Shown here: piece after piece, positions 51,406-64,000 of the stretch
Numbering within the stretch: position 1 is the stretch's first letter
How the letters are laid out: every line of letters starts with the position of its first letter
Assembly: GCF_004010195.1 (NCBI RefSeq)
Contig: NC_057718.1
Span: forward strand, 44,802,143 to 44,866,142
Reading direction: 5' to 3'
DNA: 64,000 nt
Source of the DNA: Chiloscyllium plagiosum
Lineage: Eukaryota
The notes under the pieces: model-generated
The model's input: the letters and a program-made list of their open reading frames with translations, nothing else
Databases searched by the model: none
What the model was told of the DNA's origin: nothing
Translations under genes and position numbers: made by a program

Positions 51406-52784
51406 ATGAATCCTTTGTCCGCCTACTACATTTAATTTCTTACTCTCCTTATTCCATTTGTTAAAGTTAACACCAGTTCCCAATACGTAATTTAATTTCT
51501 TATTTCATCACTCACTCTTGTTAAATTCTAAATTCTTTCATGCCCTTTATATATTCTCCAAGGACTGATTTGTAACTAGACTTACTATCAATTATTTATA
51601 TTTATTTGAATCGACCATAACTCACTACAACTTTATCATACAATCTACAGGAAATGTCGCCCCCTCAAAAATAACCTTTAATGTACTGTGAAGTTTCATT
51701 TCCTAGGACAGCAGTAGTCAACATAAATTATGCTAATAAGTAAATGTGGCCCAAAAGTTTCTCCCATTGATGGATCAGTAGCTGAGCATGAACACTGCTC
51801 ACTAATGTGATCCTATTGCTAAGCTATTGACATTTCTTCCAAGGAACTTTTTATTAGCCATGCAGATTGTATTTGAACTAGTAACAGTGCCCCTGATGCA
51901 TTTATCACCACTGGATATTCTGGTGCGGGCTCACATTCAGAGCATCAAAAAGATGAAAGGTAACTGCCATATTGTTGTTCTGCTGATGGATAGTGACCAT
52001 GTCTCTGAACTGGAAGCTCAGGTTCAAGTCTGACTCCAAGACTTGTTGTTTATGGAGGATATATTCATAACCAAACATCAACATGTAAACCTTTCTAAAA
52101 TTCCTGAGGGCAGACAGTAACATCAGGAATATGGAAACCATATTGCAGAATGCAATAGAAACCACAACAGTACCTTGCCAAACATAATCATGCCAAGTAT
52201 TCATGGTCACCGTCCTACAGTGTGGTATCTGAAGAGACAAAGAGCTAGGAATTAATTGTTATGTTAATAAATGTCTCAGGATATCACATTTACTGTTGCT
52301 CTGGAGTTAGTGTCTAGTAACAATATGTCAACCTATTAATCTACCAGCCACACAGAATGTTGCAAGAAATACATTCATTGAAATTATCATTTTACTTACA
52401 TTTAACGTCTGTTTATTTTGAATTCTGGGAACCACAAGACATAGTATGGTGGCAGTGGCTGTCTGTAAGCAGAAAACCAAGCATTTCAAATTAACTTAAT
52501 GCTGAATTATAGTGAATTATTGCTGAAGAGATGAATAGCAATAAACACACATTTCCTGTCCATTATGAATGGGGTGGGTGACTATGTCATAGAGGCATGT
52601 AGGAAGTGTGGACTGATAATTAACAGCATTCTAAAAGGTATTAGTAAAGAGGAGTGTGTCAGTTCTATTCTATTTAGACAGTTAAATTGGCTTAATAACT
52701 GGGAACTGAGTTAGGATAACAGCAGAAACCCAGATAAAATCTTTGAAAGATTTAGCACACATATCTAGCCAATTTCAAATCATC

Positions 52785-53710
52785 ATAGTCATAAAGCCAA
52801 TGAGATATACAGTATGAAAAGAGGCACTTTAGTCCATTGTGTCCACATCAATCATCAAACACCATCTTCCTTACTCCCATTTTCCAGCACTCAGACTGTA
52901 GCCTTGTATGCTATCAAGTGTTAATCGAAACATTGTTCAAATTTGTGATGGTTTCTGCCTCTTTTACCCTTTTATGCAATGAGTTCCAGCTACCTTCTAT
53001 CCTCTGGGTCAAAAAGATCTTCCCTAAATCCCTAAAATCTTTATTTTATCTACTCAATCTGTGCCCCTCAAAATCTTACAGACCTCAATCAAGTCTCTAC
53101 CTCGCCAAGCTCCCCTACACCACCCACCACCCCACCCCCACCAACCCCCACCCACTTCAGTCTTCTCTGCTCTAAGGAAAACACCTTCAGCCTGTCTAAC
53201 CTCTCCTCATTGCTGAAACACTCCAGTCTGGGCAACATACTGGTAAATCTCTTCTGTACCCTCTCTAGTGCAATCACATCCTTCCTACAATGATTTGACC
53301 AGAATCGCACATAGAAGACTCATAGCAGATTCAAACGCTTTCTCTCTCCGCTGATGCTGATGACTGACAGATTTTCTCCAACATTTTCTATATTTGTTGC
53401 AGAACTCCAGCTATGGCCTATCTAAAGTCTTGTACAGTTCTATCATAAACTCCCTATTTTTGTATTGAATGCCTTATCTAATAAAGACAAGTATCCCATA
53501 AGTCTTTTTAACCACCTTACCCACCTGCCTGGATCTATGGACATTTACACCAAGGTCCCTCTGATCCTTTGCATTTCCTAGGGTCCAACCATTCTTCATA
53601 TACTCCCATGCCTTGTTATTCTTCCCAAAATGCATCAACGCACACTTTTTCAAGATCAAATTCCAGTTGCCATTCTTATGCCCATCTGACCAGCCCATTT
53701 CTATCATACT
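52785..53710 (-). mobile_element. CR1 3' fragment
   Basis: ORFs 53089 and 53474: LERVQKRFTSMLP, QRDLGVNVH. Confidence 0.85.
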
Positions 53711-55112
53711 GTAGGCTCAGGCTTTCTTTTTTCATCATCAGATCTACTGTTACAAATTTCAAGGCCAGAAACAGGAGTCAGGTGGGTCTGTTGACAATTT
53801 CATAAGAAGATTGAAAAATGCAGCCAAAAAAACCATTTGAAAGTATGGATGAAAGACTGACAAAATGAATCATTTGGAGACCTGCAAACCTAAAGAAAAA
53901 TAGAATTGATTGGAAAAGATAAGCTCATAATATTTCAGACAGTAGACACTCCTAGAAAACATCTACCTGCAAGCAGACAACTAACTATCCAAATGGGTAG
54001 TTTTCATTAAGTCAAGAAAAAGGCAGCACACAGTGAAACTGCAACAAAAGAGTGCACAGCAGGAAGAGAGAATGATGTGCAAGAGTTGTGGATGATCACG
54101 AGTTCACACAGGGAACGGAATGTCCTCTGCATAGTTTATGGAAAGTCAAATCACTGGGAAAAGATGTTGGAAACAATGAATGAAGGAGTAATCAGAAACA
54201 GAGCAACAGGGACAATCAGAAGAAAATGAAACCAAAGCATTCGGACCCTGGAAAATAATGACAAGTTTGAAAACAAAATATGCATAGGAACTGTACACCT
54301 GCATGAAACAGCTGGATTGCACAGTTCCCAGAGAAAAGAAATTCATACAAGCATCCAGGTCAGAAAGACTAACCCCACAAGCATAAATCTGAAGCTGAAG
54401 GTTGAAACCAGAGCACTTAGTGATATATCTCACTCAGACAAAATCAGAAATATTTCCTGAAAGTTTGAAAAACAAAGGCACTAGGAAATGGTGCTATGAC
54501 ACTTTCTAGCAGCATAAAGGGAAGTGAGATTTAACCGTCAGGAACAATCCAAATCCGAGAAACTAACAAAGGAAAACATGTTAATAGTACATCACTGAAA
54601 CAAATGGTCTTTCTATCATGGGGCTGAGCAGTTGCAAAGAGCTGTGGCCATGCTGTTAAAGACTTCAGTGTAAATGCTACCAAAACTGAACTAAATGGGT
54701 GATGCTAACTGAGCTAAATTGGTTCACTGATCAAAGAATCCATGTAAGGTAATGGAACAATTTCACCTCTAGAGAACTTAAGAGATTTACTGAACCACAC
54801 AACCCAAGAAGATTCAAATTTATGGAAAGATATTTCCAGATGGTCAAGAGAACCCTCAAAAAATGCCAAGAGACAATGCTTTCCTTATCCTGATCTTACA
54901 CTCATTCCTCCTCATCTCTGTCTAAATTGGGTGATCTGTACTTTTAAATAGTGAGCCCTATTTTTAGATTTTCCCGTAAGTGGAAAAATCTTTACCACAT
55001 CCACCATGTCAAGACCCCTCAGGATTTTATGTCTCTCAGTCAAGTCACCACTAACTCTTCTTGTTACCACCAGATAGAAGCCCAGCTTTTCCAATCTTTT
55101 CTCATTGGACAA

Positions 55113-55442
55113 GATTAGATTAGATTAGATTAGATTAGATTACTTACAGTGTGGAAACAGGCCCTTCGGCCCAACCAGTCCACACCGACCCGCCGAAGCG
55201 TAACCCACCCATTCCCCTACATTTACCCCTTTACCTAACACTATGGGCAATTTAGCATGGCCAATTCACCTGATCTGCATATCTTTGGACTGTGGGAGGA
55301 AACCGGAGCACCCGGAGGAAACCCACGCAGACACGGGGAGAATGTGCAAACTCCACACAGTCAGTCGCCTGGGTCGGGAATTGAACCCGGATCTCTGGCG
55401 CTGTGAGGCAGCAGTGCTAACCACTGTGCCACCGTGCTGCCC
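55113..55442 (-). mobile_element. HE1/V-SINE-like SINE, full length, young
   Basis: (ttaga)n tail, V-domain and intact head; near-identical to 39563-39902. Confidence 0.93.
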
Positions 55443-55476
55443 AAGAAAGCGGTAGGAGCGAGAACAACAAACGCAC

Positions 55477-55550
55477 CGTCACTGGGTGGTCACGAACCAC
55501 CAACCTTCCGGTTAACAGCCGCACGCGCTGACCAGGTGCGCCACAGAGAC
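55477..55550 (-). pseudogene. tRNA-Asn(GTT) copy, probably pseudogene
   Basis: GTCTCTGTGGCGCACCTGGTCAGCGCGTGCGGCTGTTAACCGGAAGGTTGGTGGTTCGTGACCACCCAGTGACG, 74 nt, vertebrate tRNA-Asn layout with GTT anticodon; T:T mismatch in acceptor stem, G:G in anticodon stem, altered T-loop, no CCA. Confidence 0.88.
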
Positions 55551-55552
55551 AG

Positions 55553-55901
55553 GCCCCCTCAGCCTCCGACGCTGCAGAGAAAACAGCCCCAGCCTATTCA
55601 TCCTCTCCCTGTAGCTCAAATTCTCCAACTCTGGCAACATCCTTGTAAATCTTTTCTGAACTCTTTCAAGTTTCACATCTTTCCGATAGGAAGGAGACCA
55701 GAATTGCACGCAATATTCCAACAGTGGCCTGACCAATATCCTGTACAGCCGCAACATGACCTCCCAACTCCTGTACTCAATACTCTGACCAATAAAGGAA
55801 AGCATACCAAACGCCTTCTTCACTATCCTATCTACCTGCAACTCCACTTTCAAGGAGCTATGAACCTATACTCCAACGTCACTTTGTTCAGCAAAACTCC
55901 C
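55553..55901 (-). mobile_element. Internal CR1 ORF2 fragment lacking its own 3' end
   Basis: ORF 55512-55853 ..RPLLEYCVQFWSP..RRRLRG running straight into the tRNA. Confidence 0.9.
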
Positions 55902-56279
55902 GTCTTGGACAATTCTGGGAAAGATGAAACCTGTAAGGCTGGTTGGGTTGCATCCCAACAGGATTGCAACTGATAGAAAGTTTAAGCCCGAATTGTCAAC
56001 TATCTTGCTCCTCAGATGCTGCTTGACCTGCTTTGCTTTCTCCAGCACCACACTTTATCGACTCTGACTTCTCCAGCATCTGCAGTCCTCAGTATCTCTG
56101 AGTTACTACAATTGATAGGGCCATTCACGAGTTTGAACTAGAACGGTGAGTAGATGGGACCAGGTGAGCTACAAGAAAGAGAAACAAAATTATAAATGAA
56201 AGATAAAAAAGTAAAAACCAAAAGTGGAAAGGACAGGAAACAAGGACTAGTAATAAATAGGGGCATAGTACAAAGAAAA

Positions 56280-58350
56280 TATACAAAAATGTTAGAAGGA
56301 CAAATCTAAGTGTACTGTATCTGAATGTTTGGAGCATTTGCAATAAGATGGATGAATTAACAATGCAAACACTGTAAACGGGTACAATATGATTGTGATT
56401 AAGAAGAACATGGCTGCCTAGATGACCAGGCAACTGAATAGCCAAGGGTATTCAATATTTAGGAATGAGAAGCAAAAAGGAAAGAGCAATGAGGTAACAT
56501 TGTTATTAAAGGATGAAATCAGGGCAATAGTGTGGAAAGGTACTGGCTCATAAAATCCATACTAAAATTGAGAATATGTGGAGCTAAGAAGCAACAAGGG
56601 GTGGAAAATATTAGTAGGTATTGGCTGCAGGCCTGTAAACAGTGGTGGCAATTAACACAAAATTAGAAATGTATGTAATGAGAGTCCTATGGTGATTAGG
56701 GGTGACATTATTCCACATTTAAGTAGGGCAACCCCCACATACAATAACATAGTGAAAGGAGAATGTACAAGATGTTTTTTTTTGACCAGTATATTGAGGA
56801 AATTGGTGAATAGGCTTTCCTTGATTTGGAATTGTTCAGTGAGAAGGGGTTAGTTAACAATTTTGTCCTGCAAGATTATTTAGGGAAGAATGACCACAAC
56901 ATGACAAAACTCTTCATTAGGATGAAAAATGAAGTGGTCCAATCCAATATCAGTATCCTTAATCTAATCAAATGAAACTACAACAGCATGAGGCATGAAC
57001 TGGCTGCAATAGACTGTATAAGTCATTAAAAGGCATGAATGTAGATGGACAATGGCTACCATTTAAGGAATTAGTTTATACATTCAAATAGCTATTCATT
57101 CTTTCCTGATGCAGAAGTACAACAGAAAAAGTGACCTAGCCACAGTTAATGGAAAAAAAATCAAGTATACTATTATATTCAAAGAGGAGTCTTATAAAGT
57201 TGCTAGAAAACACTGGAAACCTTGATGGGTGGGATCAGTGTAAAATTCAGAAAAAGGAAGACCCGGAATCTGATTAAGAGGGAATAATAGATAGAGTAGA
57301 ACCTGCAAGGAACATAAAGTGGACTATAAGAGCTTCTGTAAATATGTAAAATAAGGAAAGATTAGTGAAGAGAAATATAGGTCCCTTGCAAGCTGAAGTG
57401 GGAGAATTGATTATGGAAAAGATAGACAAGGTAGTTAAGAAAGTGTTTAGAACTCTTGCCTTCATTACTCAGATCTTTGAGTATAAGAGTTGGGATGTCT
57501 TTTTGAGGTTATATAGAATCTTAGTGAGGCCTTTTCTGGAATACTGTGTGCAGTTCTGGTTGCCCCTCCAAAGGAAGAATATTACTAGGGAGAGTTAAAA
57601 ATCACACAAACCAGGTTATAGTCCAACACGTTTATTTGGAAGCATTAGCTTTCGGAGTGCCACTCCTTTAACCACCTGATGAAGGAGCGGCACTCTGAAA
57701 ACCAGTGCATCCAAATAAATCTGTTGGACTATAACCTGGTTTGTGTGATTTTTAACTTTGTCCACCCCAGTCCAAACCAGCTTCTCCAAATCATTACTAG
57801 ATAGGAGAGGGTTTAGAAAAGATGTACTGGGAATGGAGAGTTTGAGATTTAAAATAGGCTGGAAAGGCTGGGATGTTTTTCACTGGAGCAAAGAAGGGTG
57901 AGGAGTGACCTTACTGAAGTTTATAAAATTATGAGGGGCATAGATAAGGTGAATGTCAAGGGTCTTTTCCTTAGGTTTGGGGAATTGAAAGCTAAGGGTC
58001 ATATTTTTAAGGTCAGAGGAGAAAGATTTAAAAAGGACATGAGGGGCAACTTTTTTAGAAAGAGAGTGGTTCACAGGTGGAATAAACATCCACAGAAAGT
58101 GGTGGCTGTAGATACAGATAGAACATTTAAAAGACATTTGGATAAGTTCATGAATAGGAAAGGTTTAGAGGGACAGACAGGTGAGACTAGTTTAATTTAG
58201 GAGTATGATCAGCATGCACTGGATGAACCAAAGAGTCTGTTTCCATGCTGTATGACTCTATGAGAACAAGGAGATAATAGGGCTATTAAATAGCTGCTTT
58301 AATTTTGTCTTCACAGAAGACCCAAATAAATTCCCAGAAATGCTGAGGAT
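56280..58350 (+). mobile_element. Old CR1 ORF2 5' part with a younger CR1 3' fragment (~57420-58262) and a family-2 palindrome nested inside
   Basis: Endonuclease remnants (tatctgaatg, gaatgaccacaac); LVRPFLEYCVQFW; tail tatgactctatg at ~58262. Confidence 0.75.
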
Positions 58351-61300
58351 GTAAGATAATGCCTGATAACATCATTTATATAATCATAATTAACATATTT
58401 ATTTTCATCATACTACTGATACTCCCTTCAAGTAACCAAGAGGAAGTAAGATAACAGCTCAACTATGCACAAATGTTACGAGGTCAATAGTTCAATAAGC
58501 ATGCAGATAAGTACTTGATTTGTTGAAAAGACAATTTGTACTGTACAGGATCTAATCATGAAAACCTGTAACCTAGAGAAAGTTGCTGGCGAAGCTGAGA
58601 CTTTAAGATCATAAATCATACACCACAATAGGAAGCAAATGAGGAGGAACAGAATCTATATTCAACCTCTACCTGAACTGGAGAAGATTATCAACAACTT
58701 CAGAAACATCACTTCCCAGTAAGACAAGCGTCAACTGAATCCCTAACAAGCAGTGCAATGTCAACAACATCATTGTCAAGTGACACAACATTAACAATAT
58801 CAATTTTGACTCCTATAACCCATAAACAGCATGTACAATATCACCTGGGCAGCCTTCATCTCAGATTTGGGAGTGATGAGTGCCAAATCTACAACTTAAA
58901 GCAGAACATCCTACTGCCTGAGAGATACATGTAAAATATTCTCAGGAGAGAATTCAAGATGTAAAATCATCTTAGGGTGTTCAGTTTATTTTAAAGTTCT
59001 CTTGTTAATTTTCCTTACCTTAAAAAGTAGTTAATGTTTGGAACAGTTATATTAACAGAGAGGCAATATTTTTCATTTTAAACAAAATAAGATGTGGGGT
59101 GCCGCATGCACAGTTACATTGCTACATAACAACGTATTAATCTTCCAGCCACAAGGAGAGCTGAAAGAAACATACTCAATGAAATTATAGTATTTTGAGT
59201 CTAAAATGTTTTTATATTATAAATTCTGAGAACTAGAAAAATTAACAGAAACAGTGGCAGTTTCCTTCAGTGGGTAAGGTGGTGGTGGGGTCAGGGTCAC
59301 AATTGCTGAAAGAAGATACAGACTGCTACCTGTAATGGCAAGAAGTCCAATAAATGAATAACACACAGTGCATAGAGAGATATGGCAAAGGTTACACAAG
59401 GGGAAATTACGATATCAATGGGTGGAATCTTCAAACATTCATTATGCAAAACCTATCTAGTGCCTCTCATTGCCCAAGCTCTCATATCAGTCTTCAAGGA
59501 TATTTATTTGAAGAGACGCTGACATATCCATTAACTTGGCATGTTCACTTTCATTCCCCTATGTGGGGTTATTTGGACTGAAAGGACAAGGACTTGACTG
59601 GGTGTTTACCTGAGCAAAGCACCTATTGGCATAGGATAACCCAAATTAAACAGTTAACCATATGGCTTAGTGGAAGGGTGTCAATTCATGGGACCTTGGT
59701 ACTAGTACAGGGGAAGCAAGTGGGAGATGTTCAATTGAAGTAGAGTCCATGTACCATATTGAAACCAGTATTCTGGCAAATTGTTAAACTAGATCTGGGG
59801 ATAGAGTTTTAAACTAAATGCTGTGAGGGGAAGAGGTCAGATAAAGGGAGACTTAGAAACCCAAAGACTAAAATCAAGTTAATATTGCAGTGCAGGTGAT
59901 TTTGATAAAGATGAGCAGAGTGGGACAGAAAATAAATGGAGAATTTAATAACACATGTAATACATCAATGAATAAGGTTTTTGAAAAAGTAAATGGTAAA
60001 AATGCAACTAAAGGCTCTTCCCTGAATGTGTGAAGTATATGTATGAAGATAGATCAAGTACTGGTACATAACCTAAATGATATAAAAATAATCACCATTA
60101 CAGGAAATCATTACAAGGTGACCATAGTTGTAAAATTGCAGGCTACACAGCATTTTAGAAAGATAGGCAGAATGAAAAAGGAGGGAAATAGCCCTGATAG
60201 TGAAGGATGTCAGAAGGACAGTGGTAAGAGAGGATGTTGACTCAGAAAATCAAGAAATTGAATCAGAATGGATGGAAATTAGAATTTTAAAGGATCAGCA
60301 AATATTACAGAGAAGCATTAATAGGACACTTAACAGAATTATATCTTTGCCAGAGCATTAAGCAGGAAATAATCATAGCTTGTAACAAAGAATACTCATT
60401 CAAAACATTCATCTTCTTGTAAACTGGACAATTGAAATTAGTAAAGGCAGCCTGGAATTTTCCAGTCAGCCTTCAGATCATTGGCATCATCAGGGAACCA
60501 AATTGTTGCTGGGTGGCTGCCTCCCATTGACAGATCATGCAGCAATGCTCCAGAAAGGGTTGGAGTTACATCCTGCGTGGTTTTAGTGGCATTTTGATAC
60601 ACCCTCACTCTCTTACCCAGAAAAGCAACCTTCTCATTCTACCATGTACTGGGCTATCTATCGACAGCTTTACAAAACATTCTACTTCCTTGAGTTAAAT
60701 GTTAAGCCTGCCTTCTAGTCACTATTTGACCACCTTGAGATAATCAGAGGAGATTGACTCTTGCCGCAACAGCGCAGGCGTCTGCCCCTTATTTCAGCCT
60801 ATTAGTGGGGCCCTGTGCCTGTGGGGAATATCCACCCAAAGGTATTACAAAGGTATATAAGCAGTATAAGTCAGGCAACAAGATAACAGGTGAGACTATA
60901 ATGTTGAGATGTGTGAAATTTGTTTGGTATTGAGAATAGAAATTCAGAAGAATATTTGAACGGCGTGAAATTTGTAAACACTAAGGATGAACTTGATTGA
61001 GGTAGTGAATGTCTCATCATCAAGACAGCTACAGCAACTCTTTAATACAAGGCCAGACAAATCTAACGCCAATTAGGCATTGACAGGGCCATTGTGGACC
61101 TTTGTCTGGAACTGCAACTCCAAGGACATAAGCCTCCCCCACAATGGGGTTCAAATTTCTGTTTTTGTGACTATGGAGATGGTGATGGAAGGAGCAGATG
61201 TATAAAAACAAGAGGCTGTTTCTCGTGAACAGTCCCTCTGCTATGTCCAGTCTTCTGCTGAGGCCTTTGATCAAGAGACCTCCCACCCTCACCCAGCTGA

Positions 61301-61459
61301 CAAGTTTCTACCAAAGGTTGATCTATTGGGCATGCAGCATAGTATGCATGTGGTGAGGTTATTCCAGCTTCTGTTCGACAATTCTGGAGTTTTCCACAGT
61401 ATATTCAACTTATCAGAACTTTGACCATTCACTTATCCTCTGTATGTCAAAATAGGCCT

Positions 61460-63310
61460 AGTGGGGCCTAATCTGAGTGTTAGTGAGCAGATAACTGTTG
61501 ATAAAATGTTGGTTGGCAGCACTGCTGATGATATCATTCAGCACTATGTTGATGATTGAGAGTAGACTGATATGGTAGTACATGGCCAGGTAAAATTTGT
61601 CCTACTATTTGGGCAATTTTCCACATTGTTCATTGTTTCCACATTGAGTTATAATTACACTGAAACAAGGTGAAGCTAACTCTGGAGCACAGGTTTCAGA
61701 TATATTGTTGGAATGTTGTCAGGGGCCATAGTCTTTGCAGTATCCAGTGCCTTTAAATAATCGACAGTTTTGGAGTTTTCCACAGCATATTCAACTTACC
61801 AGAACTTTGACCATTCACTTACGATCTATACTCCTTTGTATGTCAAAATAGGGGTGACATTATAAACGTTTGCAAAATTATGAGGGCCATGGATAGGATA
61901 AATTAACAAAGTCTTTTCCCTGGGGTGGGGGAGTCCAGAACTAGAGGGTTTAGGATTTAGGGTGAGAGGGGAAAGATATAAACGAGATCTAGGGGCAACC
62001 TTTTCACACAGAGGGTGGTACGTATATGGAATGAGCTGCCAGAGGAAGTGGTGGAGGCTGGTACAATTGCAACATTTAAAAGGCATTTGGATGGGTATAT
62101 GAGCAGGGTTTGGACGGATATGGGCCGGGTGTTGGCAGGTGGGACTAGATTTGGTTGGGATATCTGGTCAGCATGGATGGGTTGGACTGAAGGGTCTGTT
62201 TCCATGATGTACATCTCTATGACTCTATGACTCTATTTCTTTATGTCATATAGAGTGAAGGAACTGTCTGTAATTTGACATCTGTGATACTGAGGACCTC
62301 AGGAGGAGTCCAAGATGGATTGCATTTACAGCACTTTTATTTGAAAATGTTTGCAAGTTCTTCAGCATTGTCTTTTGTTTTGGTGTGTTGGGAACCTCTG
62401 TTTTTGAAAGTCAGACATTTGTGGAGCACCCTCCTTCAGTAAGCTGTTTAATTGTCCACCAACATTCACAATGAAATGTGGCAGGGATGCACAACTTCAA
62501 TCTGATCTGTTGGTTGTGGTATCACTTAGCTCTGTATATCACTTGCTACTTACTCTGTTTAGCATGCTAATTGTCTGCTGTAGCTTCACCAGGGGGAGCA
62601 CCTCATTTTTAGGTATACACAGTGCTGCACCTGATATGCTTTTGCATTCCTTGTTGAACTGTGATTGATCCCCTGACTTGTTGATGAAGGAATAGTGAAG
62701 GGATGTGCTAAGTTCTGATGTTTCAGATTGTGAGTGAATTTATTCTGCTGCTGATGGCCCAAAACACCTCCTGGATGTCCAAACCTGAGTTGCTAGATCT
62801 GTTTGAAACCTATTCCATTCAGCGCAGTGCTGGTGTCACACAACAAGATGGAGAATATCCTCAATGTAAAAGTCAGACTTTATTTCCACAGGACTGTGTA
62901 GCGGTCACTCTCACCAATACTGCTATGGGCAGGTAAATTATTAAGGACAAGGTCAAGTGATGGTTTTTGATGGTTGTCTAACCATGTGCTGCAGGATCCA
63001 GAGGTGATCCTAGTATACTCCATATTACTGTGCTGCCACTTCTGCTGTTTATGTCCTGTCCGTTGGAAAGAACTTACCAAGTAATGATATTGATGCTAAT
63101 GTGACATTATTTATAAGGTATGATTCAGAGAAAATGGTAATGCTGGGCTATTGCTTGACTACACCTCAGAACAGCTCTGCCAATTTGACACAAGCTGTTG
63201 ATACAGATGACTTGTTGGGTCAACAAGGCTGTTTGGCCCATTGTCATTTCCTGTGGCTTGGTCGATGCCAGGTTGTCTATCCGGCATTGAAGAGTCAACT
63301 ATATTGCTGT
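61460..63310 (-). mobile_element. Old non-LTR retrotransposon ORF2 fossil (clade uncertain), interrupted at 61760-62235; related piece at ~46735-46990 (+)
   Basis: ALDTAKTMAPDNI remnant near 61752-61713; similarity to 46755-46840. Confidence 0.55.
61850..62236 (+). mobile_element. CR1 3' fragment
   Basis: Matches 41730-42117; tail ctctatgactctatgactctat. Confidence 0.9.
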
Positions 63311-64000
63311 GGGTAGGGAGTCAAATTTAGGCCAGACAATGTAAGGTTGACAGATATTCTTTCTTTATGAATACTCAGGAATCAGAAAGGTTTTTACTGT
63401 AACCAGCAATGGTCACTGTTGGATAAGCTTTTAATTCCAGATTTATTGATTGAATTCTAATTACATCATCAGCTATGATGAATTTCAAACACAGAATTTT
63501 CAAAGTGTTAGTCTAGGACTTGGGATTACACGTCCTCTGAGCCACTGCATCTTTCACCTTGGGTGGAAGGGGCCATGGTTCTGTACCTCAAATGAAAAAC
63601 TGAAGTACAGAACTGCAGCATTTGCCTTCCGCTTGACTGAAATATCACCACAGATTATAAGCTTAAACCTCTATAATTGGGCTCAAAAGCATAATCTTCT
63701 TACTCAGCAACAAGATTAATATCAATAAGCCTATACTGATATGGCAGGAGACATTTGTTTTTAATTTTTTAAGCTTTTTTAAAGCTTTTTTTCTTTTTGT
63801 TTCCATTTATCATAGTTCTTTTCTGTTTTTGTTTTTTTAAACATGTAAGAACTTGAAGTGTGTTGACAGTGTGGATGTAACAATGATGCTTTCTTTTGTG
63901 GGAGAAACTAGAAATAGGAGTCACTGATTTCTATTGAGGAATGTCCATTTATGGCAGTGATTAGGAGATTTCTTTTCTCAGAGACTTATAAGCCTCTGGA

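Noticed and set aside
24136..55145. (ttaga)n tracts as telomere-like or CRISPR-like repeats
   Set aside because: They are SINE 3' tails; no spacer-repeat structure and not TTAGGG.
55477..55550. Functional tRNA-Asn gene
   Set aside because: Stem mismatches, altered B box, no clean T4 terminator and retro-chimeric context.
23000..64000. Distal alternative KCNK2 first exon
   Set aside because: No candidate could be supported; such an exon would be too short to recognise without transcripts.

Overview
Vertebrate nuclear DNA, not prokaryotic. The repeat content (HE1/V-SINE-like SINEs, CR1/HER1-like LINEs, Penelope-derived palindromes) points to a cartilaginous fish, probably a shark (inference). 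The only host gene seen is the 5' end of KCNK2 (TREK-1 two-pore K+ channel) on the minus strand. It comprises a 311-bp coding exon (21849-21539) and a probable proximal first exon ending at 22639 that supplies only the A of a split A|TG start codon. Bases 1-21538 would be intron and bases above ~22.9 kb upstream sequence. Most of the window is decayed transposons: a two-LTR Gypsy element, two near-full-length CR1 LINEs and many fragments, Tx1 3' ends, Penelope pieces, two Harbinger fossils and SINEs. The most unusual structures are: (1) repeated Tx1 insertions stacked at the TATA box of the Gypsy 5' LTR; (2) a TSD-bounded CR1 + pre-tRNA-Asn + SINE chimera; (3) two recent inverted duplications (593 bp and ~190 bp) inside the KCNK2 intron; (4) palindromic Penelope-derived elements whose inversion points cluster at a minimal hammerhead-ribozyme motif; (5) a four-level CR1 nest; (6) a locally templated duplication at a LINE 5' junction. 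There is no CRISPR array, operon or intact novel protein-coding system. All family assignments come from recalled motifs, not database searches, and old-repeat boundaries are approximate.
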